DNA from: Candidatus Caldarchaeum sp.
Lineage (GTDB): Archaea > Thermoproteota > Nitrososphaeria_A > Caldarchaeales > Caldarchaeaceae
Direction: 5' to 3'
Length of the DNA: 61,449 bases
Assembly (NCBI GenBank): GCA_038844785.1
Contig: JAWBRA010000011.1
Location: 1-61,449 of the forward strand
Part shown: positions 41,071 to 50,693 of the stretch, piece after piece
Layout: every line of letters begins with the position of its first letter
Position numbering within the stretch: position 1 is the first letter of the stretch
Position numbers and translations under genes: made by a program
The notes under the pieces: generated by a model
What the model was told of the DNA's origin: nothing
What the model saw: only the letters and a program-made list of their open reading frames with translations
Databases searched by the model: none

Positions 41071-42102
41071 ATGGGTGTCAAGCTAGGCGACATAATCCCA
41101 GAAACAGCAGTTGAGAAAACATCTCTCAAGAAGCTGACTGGAAAATCCGTCGCCATCGACGCATACAACATTCTTTACCAGTTCATCGCAACTATACGAG
41201 GCCCTGACGGAAGGCCTTTGATGGATAGACGAGGCAGGGTCACAAGCCATTTGAGCGGCCTCTTCTTCAGGACTTTAAACTTCCTCCAAGAGGGAATAAA
41301 ACCTGTTTATGTTTTCGACGGAAGACCTCCGGAGATGAAGCGGGAAACTGTTGAGAAGAGGATGTTGGCCAGGGAGGAGGCTAGCAGGCTCTACGCTGTT
41401 GCTTTAGAGGCTGGCGACGTAGAAGCAGCTAGAAGGTATGCTCAAAGGGCTGCAACTCTGGAGAAGTACATGGTGGAAAGCTCGGTAGACCTGTTGAAGG
41501 CGATGGGCGTTCCATACATTATGGCGCCTGCTGAGGGTGAGGCCCAAGCTGCCTACATGGCTGCGAAAGGCTCCGTTTACGCCTCAGGCTCCCAGGACAT
41601 GGATTCCCTGCTTTTCGGCTCCCCCCGTCTTATAAGAAACCTGTCGATAGTAGGAAGGAGAAAGCTTCCGCGAAAGAATGAGTACGTCGAGGTGGAGCCC
41701 GAGATAATCCATCTACAGAGGCTTCTGGAGTCTCTTGAGATAACACGCGAGCAGTTGATAGAAATTGGGCTGCTGGTTGGCACAGATTACTCGCCGCAGG
41801 TTAAGGGGGTGGGTCCGAAAACAGCGTTGAAGATAATCAGGGAACATGGCTCGCTTGAGAAAGCTGTTGAAGCCGGAGCTGTGCAGCTCGAATTCGACTT
41901 TCAAGCAGTGAAAAATCTTTTCCTAAAACCGGCCGTAACAGACCAGTACGTTTTAGAGTATAGGGAGCCGTCAGAGGAAAGGGTTTTAGAGATTTTGGTG
42001 GAGGAGTTTGATTTTTCACGGGAAAGGGTTATGAAGGCTTTGGACGAGCTGAGGCAGGCCGCCGCGAGGAAATCCAGCAGCCTAGACGCTTTCTTCAGCT
42101 AA
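41071..42102 (+). CDS. fen: flap endonuclease 1
   Basis: MGV, DAYNILYQF, VFDG, EGEAQ, SQDMD and GTDY motifs; C-terminal PIP-like SLDAFF. Confidence 0.96.
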   Translation: MGVKLGDIIPETAVEKTSLKKLTGKSVAIDAYNILYQFIATIRGPDGRPLMDRRGRVTSHLSGLFFRTLNFLQEGIKPVYVFDGRPPEMKRETVEKRMLAREEASRLYAVALEAGDVEAARRYAQRAATLEKYMVESSVDLLKAMGVPYIMAPAEGEAQAAYMAAKGSVYASGSQDMDSLLFGSPRLIRNLSIVGRRKLPRKNEYVEVEPEIIHLQRLLESLEITREQLIEIGLLVGTDYSPQVKGVGPKTALKIIREHGSLEKAVEAGAVQLEFDFQAVKNLFLKPAVTDQYVLEYREPSEERVLEILVEEFDFSRERVMKALDELRQAAARKSSSLDAFFS

Positions 42103-42310
42103 GTTTTTCCACAAGCTCGACGACTTTCCTCTCTTCATCGAGGCTTGAGACCCTGACCTTCCCATGTATCTCCAACTTCATTAGCGATTGCAGAAGGTCT
42201 TGGATTGTTGATTTAGGCTCGTTTCTACGGACTTCGTCGTAGAGGGTTTGCAGCATGGCTTTGCCGCCCATCTTTCTTAACAGTTCCAGAATCTTCGAAT
42301 GACCAGCCAA
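42095..42310 (-). CDS. small winged-helix-like protein downstream of cdc48
   Basis: 71 aa; LMKLEIHGKVRV pattern; 5 nt after the cdc48 stop. Confidence 0.7.
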   Translation of the reverse strand: MAGHSKILELLRKMGGKAMLQTLYDEVRRNEPKSTIQDLLQSLMKLEIHGKVRVSSLDEERKVVELVEKLS

Positions 42311-42315
42311 ACCCT

Positions 42316-44496
42316 TCAGCCAATCATCATCAAAGGCTTTTCGGAAGCCCGCAGGACCTCGCCAATTCTTTCATACTCTCGCATCATCTGCGGCGATATG
42401 CTGGGCTTGACAACCATCAACGCCTCCTCAAAATCTCTTCTGGTTACTTTTTCAGCGTTCTTGTCCCGGCGTAGAGCCGCCAACGCAGCCTCTCTGCAGA
42501 GCGATTCTATGTCCGCTCCAGAGAAGCCCTCACACCGTGCCGCCAAAGCCTCGATGTTTACGTCGTCAGCTAAAGGCATCTTCCTCGTGTAGATGTAGAA
42601 GATTTCAACTCTAGCTTTCTCGTCTGGCGGTGGGATGAGGAGAAGCCTGTCAAACCTTCCGGGCCTTAGGAGCGCTGGGTCAAGCATGTCAGGCCTGTTA
42701 GTCGCACCTATCACGACTATGTCGGTGAGCTCCTCAATCCCATCTATCTCTGCAAGCAGCTGGCTTGCGACACGGTTTGTCACGCCGGAGCTGTCCTCCA
42801 TCATGTCCTTCCTAGGAGCTATGGCCTCTATTTCGTCGAAGAAGATTATGGCTGGAGCTGCTTGACGGGCTTTCCTGAATATTTCTCGTATGGCTTTCTC
42901 CGACTCTCCAACCCATTTTGAGAAGATTTCAGGGCCTTTTATCGTGATGAAGTTTGCCTCGCTTTCGGTTGCTATGGCTTTGGCGAGCAGCGTCTTCCCG
43001 CAGCCCGGCGGCCCGTAGAGTAACACACCCTTCGGCGGCTTTATTCCAAGCTTCTGGAATTTCTCAGGATACTTCAGAGGCCATTCAATCATCTCGATAA
43101 GCTTCTGCTTGACGTTCTCGAGACCACCTATATCCTCCCACCTGACAGTAGGCGTTTCAATCTCCACCTCTCTCAACGCGCTGGGCGTTATCTCTCTGTA
43201 AGCGTCTATGAAGTCTTTCATCGTTACTTCAAGGCTGTTGAGTATCTCGGGGGATATTCTCTCCCCGGAGAAGTCTATGCTGGGCAGGATACGTCGTATG
43301 GCTTTCATGGCTGCTTCGCGGCAGAGGGCTGCTAGGTCAGCTCCGGTATAGCCGCGGGTCATCTCTCCAAGCTTTTCAACCGACACGTCTTTCGCCAACG
43401 GCATTCCTCTCGTGTGGATTGTTAGAATCTCCGTACGGCCTTTTTTGTCGGGGATACCAATCTCTATCTCTCTGTCGAACCTTCCTGGTCTTCGGAGGGC
43501 TGGGTCGAGGGCGTTGGGCCTGTTTGTCGCCCCTATCACTATCACGGAACCACGGCTCTCCAGCCCGTCCATCAGTGCGAGAAGCTGGGCAACAACCCGC
43601 TTCTCCACCTCGCCAGTGACCTCGCTTCTCTTCGGCGCTATGGCGTCTATTTCATCGATGAAGATTATGCTTGGTGCTTCCTCTTCGGCTTTCCTGAAGA
43701 TCTCTCTCAAGCGTGCTTCAGTCTCGCCGTAGTACTTGTTCATGATCTCCGGGCCGTTTATCAGTATGAAGTTGGCTTCAGCCTCTGTCGCAACCGCCTT
43801 GGCGAGCAGCGTCTTCCCGCAGCCCGGCGGCCCGTAGAGTAACACACCCTTCGGCGGGTCTATTCCAAGCTTCTGGAAAAGCTCCGGAAAACGCAGAGGC
43901 AGCTCTATCATCTCTCTGACTCTCTGTATCTGTTCCTGAAGGCCGCCGATGTCTTCGTAGGTGACGCTCGTCCTCAACGTCTTTTCCTGAACAGTCCTGC
44001 TCTGGATGACCAGCTTTGTTTTCGGAGTGATTTTAGCTATCCCAGTGGGCCGCAGCTGCACCACGGCAAAAGTGAAGAGGTTGCCGAAGAAGAGGACGGG
44101 TATTATGTTCCTGTGTACGACAGGATATTCTATAAGCCTGCTTTTTACAAGCTTTGTAAAGTTTTCATCGGCTTTTATCGAGGTGTTGTAGGGAGCGAGA
44201 ACAACCAGCTGAGCCTCCTTAACATTAGCCTTCCTGACTATGACGTAGTCGTTGAGAGAAACCCCTGCGTTGTTTCTGATGTGGCCGTCTATCCTTATCG
44301 TGTCCTTCTCTTTTTCGTCTTCGACGTATCCCAGCCAGACCGTGGCGGCCGTCAGCTTCTTCCCCCTGATCTCGATTATGTCGCCTGTTGAAAGACCCGC
44401 CTCGGCTCCTACACTCCTGTCTATTCTCGCAATCCCGTAACCCACATCCCTTTGTTTAGCCTCTGCAACCCGGAGCCGAAGTTCCTTAACACTCAT
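42316..44496 (-). CDS. cdc48: CDC48/VCP family AAA ATPase
   Basis: N-domain plus two AAA modules (GPPGCGKT x2, DEID/DEIE, RPGRFDR x2). Confidence 0.97.
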   Translation of the reverse strand: MSVKELRLRVAEAKQRDVGYGIARIDRSVGAEAGLSTGDIIEIRGKKLTAATVWLGYVEDEKEKDTIRIDGHIRNNAGVSLNDYVIVRKANVKEAQLVVLAPYNTSIKADENFTKLVKSRLIEYPVVHRNIIPVLFFGNLFTFAVVQLRPTGIAKITPKTKLVIQSRTVQEKTLRTSVTYEDIGGLQEQIQRVREMIELPLRFPELFQKLGIDPPKGVLLYGPPGCGKTLLAKAVATEAEANFILINGPEIMNKYYGETEARLREIFRKAEEEAPSIIFIDEIDAIAPKRSEVTGEVEKRVVAQLLALMDGLESRGSVIVIGATNRPNALDPALRRPGRFDREIEIGIPDKKGRTEILTIHTRGMPLAKDVSVEKLGEMTRGYTGADLAALCREAAMKAIRRILPSIDFSGERISPEILNSLEVTMKDFIDAYREITPSALREVEIETPTVRWEDIGGLENVKQKLIEMIEWPLKYPEKFQKLGIKPPKGVLLYGPPGCGKTLLAKAIATESEANFITIKGPEIFSKWVGESEKAIREIFRKARQAAPAIIFFDEIEAIAPRKDMMEDSSGVTNRVASQLLAEIDGIEELTDIVVIGATNRPDMLDPALLRPGRFDRLLLIPPPDEKARVEIFYIYTRKMPLADDVNIEALAARCEGFSGADIESLCREAALAALRRDKNAEKVTRRDFEEALMVVKPSISPQMMREYERIGEVLRASEKPLMMIG
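42980..43878. repeat. 80-bp direct repeat (42980..43059 and 43799..43878), 2 mismatches, inside cdc48
   Basis: 59 identical nt, then ctt/gtc, then 18 identical nt; offset 819 nt. Confidence 0.9.
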
Positions 44497-44633
44497 TCAC
44501 CCAGATAGGGAAGCATGTAGAATTTAAAGGATAACGGCTTTACGCAGTGTTAACCCTCCGTACGGGAATGAGAGCTTTTATTCTAACCGGCGATAATTAA
44601 AGAGATATAGTGTGGCAGCGGCAGGTAAAAGGC

Positions 44634-45707
44634 ATGGTTGGAAAGACAGGGCTGGACACTATTAGATGGGATGACGACAGGAATGTGCTTGTCCTCTTGG
44701 ACCAGAGAGCCGTGCCCGAGAAAGTCAGGTATGTTAGATGTAGGACGTACAGAGATGTTGCTTTAGCTGTAAAGAACATGACCGTCAGAGGCGCGCCAGC
44801 CATAGGTGTTGCAGCAGCTTTCGGCATAGCACTTGCAGCCCTCAAGTCGCCGGCCAAAACTCGGAATGCTCTCATGCACGACATCTACCGGGCTCAGTCA
44901 GCTCTTTCGAAGACAAGACCAACGGCTGTCAACCTTTTCTGGGCCCTTGAACGAATGGTCAAGAAAGCAGAGCAGCTTGAAGATGGTCCTGATGAGATAG
45001 CGGCCGGGCTTGTTGAGGAAGCCAAGAAAATCATGGAGGAGGATGTGAAGGTGAACAGGATGATAGGCAGGTTTGGGGCTGAGCTTATACCCGACGGCGC
45101 AAGGGTTTTGACGCACTGCAATTGAGCTGCCCACGCCGCTCAGCAGAGTGCTGGAGCTCTTGCGACCGCCGGGTACGGCACGGCGATAGGTGTAATCAGA
45201 GCGGCTTTCGAGTCTGGGAAAAACGTGTCGGTTTACGCCAGCGAGACAAGGCCTAGGCTGCAGGGAGCGAGGCTGACTGCTTTCGAGCTAAAGATGCTCA
45301 ACATACCTGTGACGGTCATACCTGACACAGCCGTCGCATTCCTGATGTCCAAGGGCATGATAGACTGCGCCGTCGTTGGCGCCGACAGGATAATAGCACA
45401 GACGGGACATGTGATAAACAAGATAGGAACCCTTTCGGCAGCCGTCAACGCACACTATTTCAACATACCATTCTACGTTGCAGCCCCCCTGTCAACCATA
45501 GACCTGAAAAAATCTGTGGATGAAGTGGTGATCGAGGAGAGGTCTGAGGACGAGGTTCATTACGTCGGTAGAACAAGGATTACCCCGAAAGGCGTCAAGG
45601 CCCTTAACTACGCCTTCGACATAACACCGCCGGAGCTTGTTACAGCCGTCATAACGGAGAAAGGCGTTTTCAAGCCGGGTGAGCTTAAAAAATTCCTCTT
45701 AGGCTAG
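44634..45707 (+). CDS. mtnA: S-methyl-5-thioribose-1-phosphate isomerase, interrupted by a 27-nt putative intron (join 44634..45121,45149..45707; 348 aa)
   Basis: [23 protein letters not shown]|[35 protein letters not shown] and FDITP motifs; both halves are in the same frame. Confidence 0.9.
45122..45148 (+). other. putative BHB-type archaeal intron in mtnA mRNA
   Basis: CTGC-[AA^T]-TGAGC-loop-GCTCA-GCAG-[AG^T]; contains an in-frame TGA; excision regenerates CAC TGC AAT GCT GGA (HCNAG). Confidence 0.8.
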
Positions 45708-46321
45708 CCCACGAAAATCTCCACCAGCATTATCAAAAGGGCTGCAGCCACACCCAGAGCCGCCATCCTCAAACCCGATTTAACCATGCTTGTCCTCGAA
45801 AACCTTCCCAGCAACAGGCCAAGCACAAAAAGTATTGTAAGCCCAATCACCGTTGAAATGTATGATGCTACCGGTGCAAGCTCTTTGTAGATTGTAGCCG
45901 CCATGTAGGGGGAGAGCACGGCAAGAGATAATACGAAGGTGGAAATTCCTCCAATGAACGATGTTATCGCGTTCCCCAACGCTCCAGCTCTGCCTATTAT
46001 AGTGTCGCTGACATCCCTTAACATCGAGTCCCGCAGCTCCTTAATCATACGCTGTGTCTCGGCGCTCTCTGTCAAGTATATCCCAGAAACCCCGGATACA
46101 AGCATGGCTATCGACATCCCCAACCCTGCGAAAACAACGGTCGAGACCTGTGTGCCGGGCACTATGGAGGCTCCTAGCGAAAGACCCATCATGGCGAGAA
46201 CCCCGTCGAACGAGTTGCTGAAAAAGTAGCGTCTCACAGCCACAGTCTTACCTGAGTAAGCCAAGACCCTGCTAAACCTGGCTCTCAACCCTTCCAGCAA
46301 AGACCTGAGAGTTCTGATCAT
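45704..46321 (-). CDS. VIT1/CCC1-like membrane protein
   Basis: RRYFF.NSFDGVL and SG..G.YLTESAE motifs; about 5 TMs. Confidence 0.75.
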   Translation of the reverse strand: MIRTLRSLLEGLRARFSRVLAYSGKTVAVRRYFFSNSFDGVLAMMGLSLGASIVPGTQVSTVVFAGLGMSIAMLVSGVSGIYLTESAETQRMIKELRDSMLRDVSDTIIGRAGALGNAITSFIGGISTFVLSLAVLSPYMAATIYKELAPVASYISTVIGLTILFVLGLLLGRFSRTSMVKSGLRMAALGVAAALLIMLVEIFVG

Positions 46322-46412
46322 GTCTGTTCAGGCAAGAGCGTTGAACAGTATGCAACGCTGGCTTAAAAGGAATGCTGGATTAATTTATAAATTTGGGCAA
46401 CGGCCTGCCGTC

Positions 46413-47309
46413 ATGCCCGCGTTCAGGCTGAAAGTTACGTTGGTGGCGATGCTGGCTGCGGGGCTTTACCTAACTTTCTATGCCTTCACACAGCTGGGCA
46501 TAGTGCCGTCGGTGGCGGAGAGGATAGTTTACGAGGTTACGGTTGTCTTGGCTGGAGCATACCTCATAAGGATGACAGGCTCTTACATCGTCAAAACCTT
46601 CAAGCCTGTTGTTGGACAACAGGCTGTAGGCGTTTCGCTTGTGGTGCAGCTGTTGGGCTATGTAGTCATAGCTGTTTTCCTACTGTCCTCGCTTGGTATA
46701 CCCCCTGAAACAGCCTTGGCTGGCGGAACCTTGACCGGGCTTGTGATAGGCTTGGCTGGGCAGACAACCCTTTCAAACGTTATTGCGGGCATAATAATCC
46801 TTTTGTCTAGGCCCTTCAAGATAGGCGACCGTGTAGCAATAGTTACGAGCTCAATACCGTACCAGTGGGCCTTCCTGCCAGGCTACAAGTATTTTTCAAG
46901 GGATTATGTTGTCCCAGCATACTCGGGTGTGGTCGAGCACATGAGCCTGATGTACACAACGCTCGTAACAGACGACGGGCTTGTGATGAAGATTCCAAAC
47001 AATCTCATACTGGCCAACTCCGCGGTCGCAAACTATTCTGAGGTGAGCGAAAGGGTCAGGAAGCTAAGGTATGAATTCCCAATAGACATCAGCCCCAGCG
47101 AAGTGCTGGAGGCGGTGAAAGCCAAGCTTGCAGACATAAACGGCGTCCAATCCATCTACCTAGAGGAGCAGAGCGACAAAACATACTACATCCTCACAGT
47201 GGTGTTTGAAGCCCCGCTCCATGAATGGCGTGAGATGAAATCCCAGATCCTAGCCCGGGTGATTGAGGTTCATAGGATGATGCGGTTGAGCACTCAAGCG
47301 CAGCAGTAA
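46413..47309 (+). CDS. mechanosensitive channel MscS family protein
   Basis: GLAGQTTLSNVIAG, RPFKIGDRV and KIPN motifs; start probably ATG 46413. Confidence 0.9.
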   Translation: MPAFRLKVTLVAMLAAGLYLTFYAFTQLGIVPSVAERIVYEVTVVLAGAYLIRMTGSYIVKTFKPVVGQQAVGVSLVVQLLGYVVIAVFLLSSLGIPPETALAGGTLTGLVIGLAGQTTLSNVIAGIIILLSRPFKIGDRVAIVTSSIPYQWAFLPGYKYFSRDYVVPAYSGVVEHMSLMYTTLVTDDGLVMKIPNNLILANSAVANYSEVSERVRKLRYEFPIDISPSEVLEAVKAKLADINGVQSIYLEEQSDKTYYILTVVFEAPLHEWREMKSQILARVIEVHRMMRLSTQAQQ

Positions 47310-47344
47310 TATCTTTATAAGACTCTACATGCTGTTGGAAGGAG

Positions 47345-47854
47345 ATGAAAGCAAAAAACTATCGTAGGCCCGAGGGCATGACATACGCTAGAAACGAGTA
47401 CATCCACGGCCCCCCGCCTTCAAGAATAACCAAGTACACCGCTGGAGTCTACCGAAGCGACTACACCCACGAGCTCCTGCTAGTTCCGGAAACAGACCTT
47501 CAGATCAGGGACGTGGCCATCGAGTCGGCTAGGATAGCCGTCAACAAAATGCTTACGGAGAAGCTGAACGACAAATTCTACCTCGAGGTTAAAGCCCATC
47601 CACACCACGTTCTCCGTGAGAACAAGATGATCTTCGGGGCCCACGCCGACAGGCTGCAGGAAGGCATGAGAAGGGCTTTTGGAAAACCTATCGGCAGGGC
47701 TGCTAGGGTTGAGGCTGGCGAGCCTGTCCTAAGGCTGCTCACATACGCCGACGGCGTAGCGGTAGGACGTGAGGCTTTGGAGCTGGCCGGGAAGAAGCTG
47801 CCTAAAAAATACTATGTTCTCGTGAACCAGCTGGTCCAAAGTGCCCGAGCCTGA
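47345..47854 (+). CDS. rpl10e: 50S ribosomal protein L10e (uL16)
   Basis: PHHVLRENK, GAHADRLQEGMR and FGKPIG motifs. Confidence 0.96.
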   Translation: MKAKNYRRPEGMTYARNEYIHGPPPSRITKYTAGVYRSDYTHELLLVPETDLQIRDVAIESARIAVNKMLTEKLNDKFYLEVKAHPHHVLRENKMIFGAHADRLQEGMRRAFGKPIGRAARVEAGEPVLRLLTYADGVAVGREALELAGKKLPKKYYVLVNQLVQSARA

Positions 47855-48254
47855 TGAATGGGCTATAGTTTACGTTGACGGTGCGTCTCGCGGAAACCCA
47901 GGCCCAGCGGGAATAGGAATCGTGATAAAGATAGGCAACGATGTTGAGAAACACCGAGAATACGTTGGAAGGCAGACGAACAACCGAGCCGAATACATTG
48001 CTTTAGTCAAGGCGTTGGAGAAGGTTTTGTCAAAAAACATCCGGAAGGTACGGGTTTACACCGACAGCCAGCTACTGGCGAAACAGGTTAGCGGAGAATA
48101 CAGGGTTAGAAGCAGGTCTTTGTCAGAGCTGTACGATATCGTCGCTAAGCTAAGGTCGGAGCTGGAGGAGTTTGAAATAAAATATGTAGATAGGGTTTTT
48201 AACGCGGAGGCCGACAGGCTTGCCAACCAAGCCATCGACGAGGCTAGGCGCTGA
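47841..48254 (+). CDS. rnhA: ribonuclease HI family protein
   Basis: YVDGASRGNPG, TNNRAEY, DSQL and NAEADRLA motifs. Confidence 0.93.
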   Translation: MPEPDEWAIVYVDGASRGNPGPAGIGIVIKIGNDVEKHREYVGRQTNNRAEYIALVKALEKVLSKNIRKVRVYTDSQLLAKQVSGEYRVRSRSLSELYDIVAKLRSELEEFEIKYVDRVFNAEADRLANQAIDEARR

Positions 48255-48351
48255 CGGTTATAACAGCCTTCTGTTCAGTTTCTTTCTTCACAGCCTGTCT
48301 AACCCTCTTCACCATCATCTCATATTCTTCATCCGTCATGCAGTGGCACAT
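48244..48351 (-). CDS. candidate 35-aa small protein (MCHCMTDEEYEMMVKRVRQAVKKETEQKAVITVSA)
   Basis: ATG-to-TAG ORF with purine-rich coding-like composition; TATA-like CTTATATTT about 25-33 nt upstream. Confidence 0.45.
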   Translation of the reverse strand: MCHCMTDEEYEMMVKRVRQAVKKETEQKAVITVSA

Positions 48352-48572
48352 AGCACTATCGCCTACACTTGCCCAAATATAAGCTCTATCTACCTTCTCA
48401 GCATTGCACTGCAGCAATCAGATGTGCGACTATTCTGGTCCAGTTTTGTTTAAGTTGCTGGCGAATTAGCGTAACTGACCGTGAAGGACAGGCTTGCGAG
48501 TTAGTGCTTAGTGGACATGAACCATAAGCTGCTTATTACGAAGCTAATTAGCCGCCATGAGCATCCATATTT

Positions 48573-49703
48573 GTGATAGCCATAGTCGGGGCCGGAATTA
48601 TCGGCCTCTCGATTGCATGGTACTTGGCTAGAAACGGTGAGAAGACAGTGGTCTTCGAACGTGGTGTAGCTGGAAGAGGCGCTACATGGGCATCAGCCGG
48701 GATGCTGGCACCCAACTTAGAGGCTGAGCCGGGAGAGGAGAATCAATTACCGCTTCTACTAGAGGGCAGGAAGATGTGGGAGAAATACGTGAAGGAGCTC
48801 GAAGAGCAATCACAAACCACTGTAAACTACAGGCGGGAAGGAACTTTGGCGGTAGCGTTGACCAGAGATGATGTGGAGAGGCTGCGCTTCCTGTATAAAT
48901 TTCAACGGGAGTCGGGGCTTGACGTGGAGATGCTTGACGGCGAAAGAGTATTGGAGATGGAGCCAAATCTCAACGGCAGCGTTTTAGCTGCACTATACAG
49001 CCGGAGCGACCATCAAGTGGACAACAGGCTCGTGATTTCAGCCCTTAAGAAAGCATACTTGAGGTGTGGGGGAGTGCTTAAGGAGGGATACGAGGTAGAT
49101 AAAATTGTGACCGAGGGTGGAAAGGTTAGTGGCTTATCGGTCGCGGGCGGCTTTGAACGTGCTGATTATGTTATTCTTGCGGCAGGTGCATGGTCTAGGA
49201 ACATGGGCGGGATACCCGAGCATCTCAAGCCGCCTGTGAGACCTGTGAAGGGGCAGATGATCTCTGTCCGTACGCCACACAACAACCCAATCCTACGTCA
49301 CACAGTCTGGGGGCCTTTCAGAAACTGGGGCCCATCATACATCGTGCCCAGACTTGACGGCAGGCTTTTGCTTGGCACGACCGTTGAGGAGGCGGGTTTC
49401 GACACATCTGTCACCGCGGGAGGGCTGATGAACATATTGAGAGCATGCTGGGAGATCTTACCCGGCATCACCGACTTTGTTGTGGACGAGGTTTGGGCTG
49501 GACTTAGGCCTGGCAGCAGAGACGACGCACCGATAATCGGCCCAACCCCCATAGAAGGGCTCCTCATGGCTACGGGACACTTTAGAAACGGGATACTCCT
49601 AGCACCGATAACCGCGGAGGCTATAAGTCGTTACATCCTCTCAGGCGAGATGCTGGAGGTAGTGCGACCTTTCACTATAGACCGATTCATAAAAGGTGGA
49701 TGA
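48573..49703 (+). CDS. thiO: glycine oxidase ThiO
   Basis: VGAGIIG, ASAGML, PVKGQ, WAGLRP and TGHFRNGILLAP motifs; lies next to thiS/thiG. Confidence 0.9.
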   Translation: MIAIVGAGIIGLSIAWYLARNGEKTVVFERGVAGRGATWASAGMLAPNLEAEPGEENQLPLLLEGRKMWEKYVKELEEQSQTTVNYRREGTLAVALTRDDVERLRFLYKFQRESGLDVEMLDGERVLEMEPNLNGSVLAALYSRSDHQVDNRLVISALKKAYLRCGGVLKEGYEVDKIVTEGGKVSGLSVAGGFERADYVILAAGAWSRNMGGIPEHLKPPVRPVKGQMISVRTPHNNPILRHTVWGPFRNWGPSYIVPRLDGRLLLGTTVEEAGFDTSVTAGGLMNILRACWEILPGITDFVVDEVWAGLRPGSRDDAPIIGPTPIEGLLMATGHFRNGILLAPITAEAISRYILSGEMLEVVRPFTIDRFIKGG

Positions 49704-49911
49704 GATGTCCACGATAACTGTCAACGGAAGGCCCAGGCCGTATGTGGAGCGGACTGTCGATGAGCTGTTAAGGTCGCTGGGGCTTGACCCTGAGAAACCA
49801 GGAATAGCTGTGGCTGTAAACAGCGAAGTTGTGCCGCGTAGTATGTGGAGGAGTACCCGTCTCAGGCCGTTAGACCGGGTTGAGGTGGTGACAGCCGTAG
49901 CGGGTGGTTAG
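49696..49911 (+). CDS. thiS: sulfur carrier protein ThiS
   Basis: [16 protein letters not shown] and C-terminal AVAGG. Confidence 0.93.
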   Translation: MDEMSTITVNGRPRPYVERTVDELLRSLGLDPEKPGIAVAVNSEVVPRSMWRSTRLRPLDRVEVVTAVAGG

Positions 49912-49913
49912 GA

Positions 49914-50693
49914 TTGGGTGACGAGCTGGTTATAGCAGGCAGAAGATTCAGGTCAAGGCTCTTCGTGGGAACCGCCCGTTACCCAAACCTACAGGTGATG
50001 TTGAGGGCGATAGAGGCCAGTGGAGCCGAGGTGGTAACAGTAGCAATAAGACGCATAAACGTTCAGGAGAGGGGTGAAAGCCTCCTTGACCTGCTAGCCG
50101 GAAAATACTTCCTACTGCCAAACACAGCAGGCTGCTACACCGCCCGCGAGGCGGTTGTCACAGCCAGGCTTGCTAGAGAAGCTCTAGGGACTGACTGGAT
50201 AAAGCTGGAAGTCATAGGTGATGAAGAAACACTGCACCCCAACGCACCTCAGTTGATCGAGGCTGCAAAGCAGCTGGTCGATGAAGGTTTCATCGTGCTC
50301 CCATACTGCAACGACGACCCCGTAGTATGCAACATCCTTGAGAAGGTTGGCTGTCATGCTGTTATGCCGTTGGGCGCCCCTATAGGCTCGGGGATGGGTA
50401 TACTCAACCCATACAATATCCGGCTGATTAAAGAACGGGCCAGCGTACCAGTAATAGTAGACGCAGGTGTTGGCACGGCAAGCGACGTCGCCATCGCAAT
50501 GGAGTTGGGTTGTGACGGGGTTTTGGTCAATACAGCCATAGCCCAAGCAAGGGATCCGGTGAGCATGGCGAGGGCTATTAGTTTGGCTGTTGAGGCAGGC
50601 CGGCTTGCCTACAAGGCTGGCAGAATCCCCAAGAGATACTATGCTCAACCATCCTCTCCGATGGAAGGCAGGATAGATGTGGGAAGCTCCTGA
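49914..50693 (+). CDS. thiG: thiazole synthase ThiG
   Basis: [30 protein letters not shown] and DAGVG motifs. Confidence 0.96.
   Translation: MGDELVIAGRRFRSRLFVGTARYPNLQVMLRAIEASGAEVVTVAIRRINVQERGESLLDLLAGKYFLLPNTAGCYTAREAVVTARLAREALGTDWIKLEVIGDEETLHPNAPQLIEAAKQLVDEGFIVLPYCNDDPVVCNILEKVGCHAVMPLGAPIGSGMGILNPYNIRLIKERASVPVIVDAGVGTASDVAIAMELGCDGVLVNTAIAQARDPVSMARAISLAVEAGRLAYKAGRIPKRYYAQPSSPMEGRIDVGSS

Noticed and set aside
45123-45125. TGA in mtnA as selenocysteine or stop read-through
   Set aside because: The TGA does not align with the catalytic Cys, which is already encoded as TGC. Read-through would leave 9 extra residues inside the conserved HCNAG motif.
44610-45707. mtnA as two separate genes or a simple pseudogene
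   Set aside because: Both halves are in one frame with no other lesions, the intervening codons encode the conserved [12 protein letters not shown], and the insert has splice-motif geometry. It cannot be fully excluded without RNA data.
48400-48572. TPP riboswitch before thiO
   Set aside because: The plus strand lacks the CUGAGA, ACCUGA and GCGxAGGGA consensus elements.
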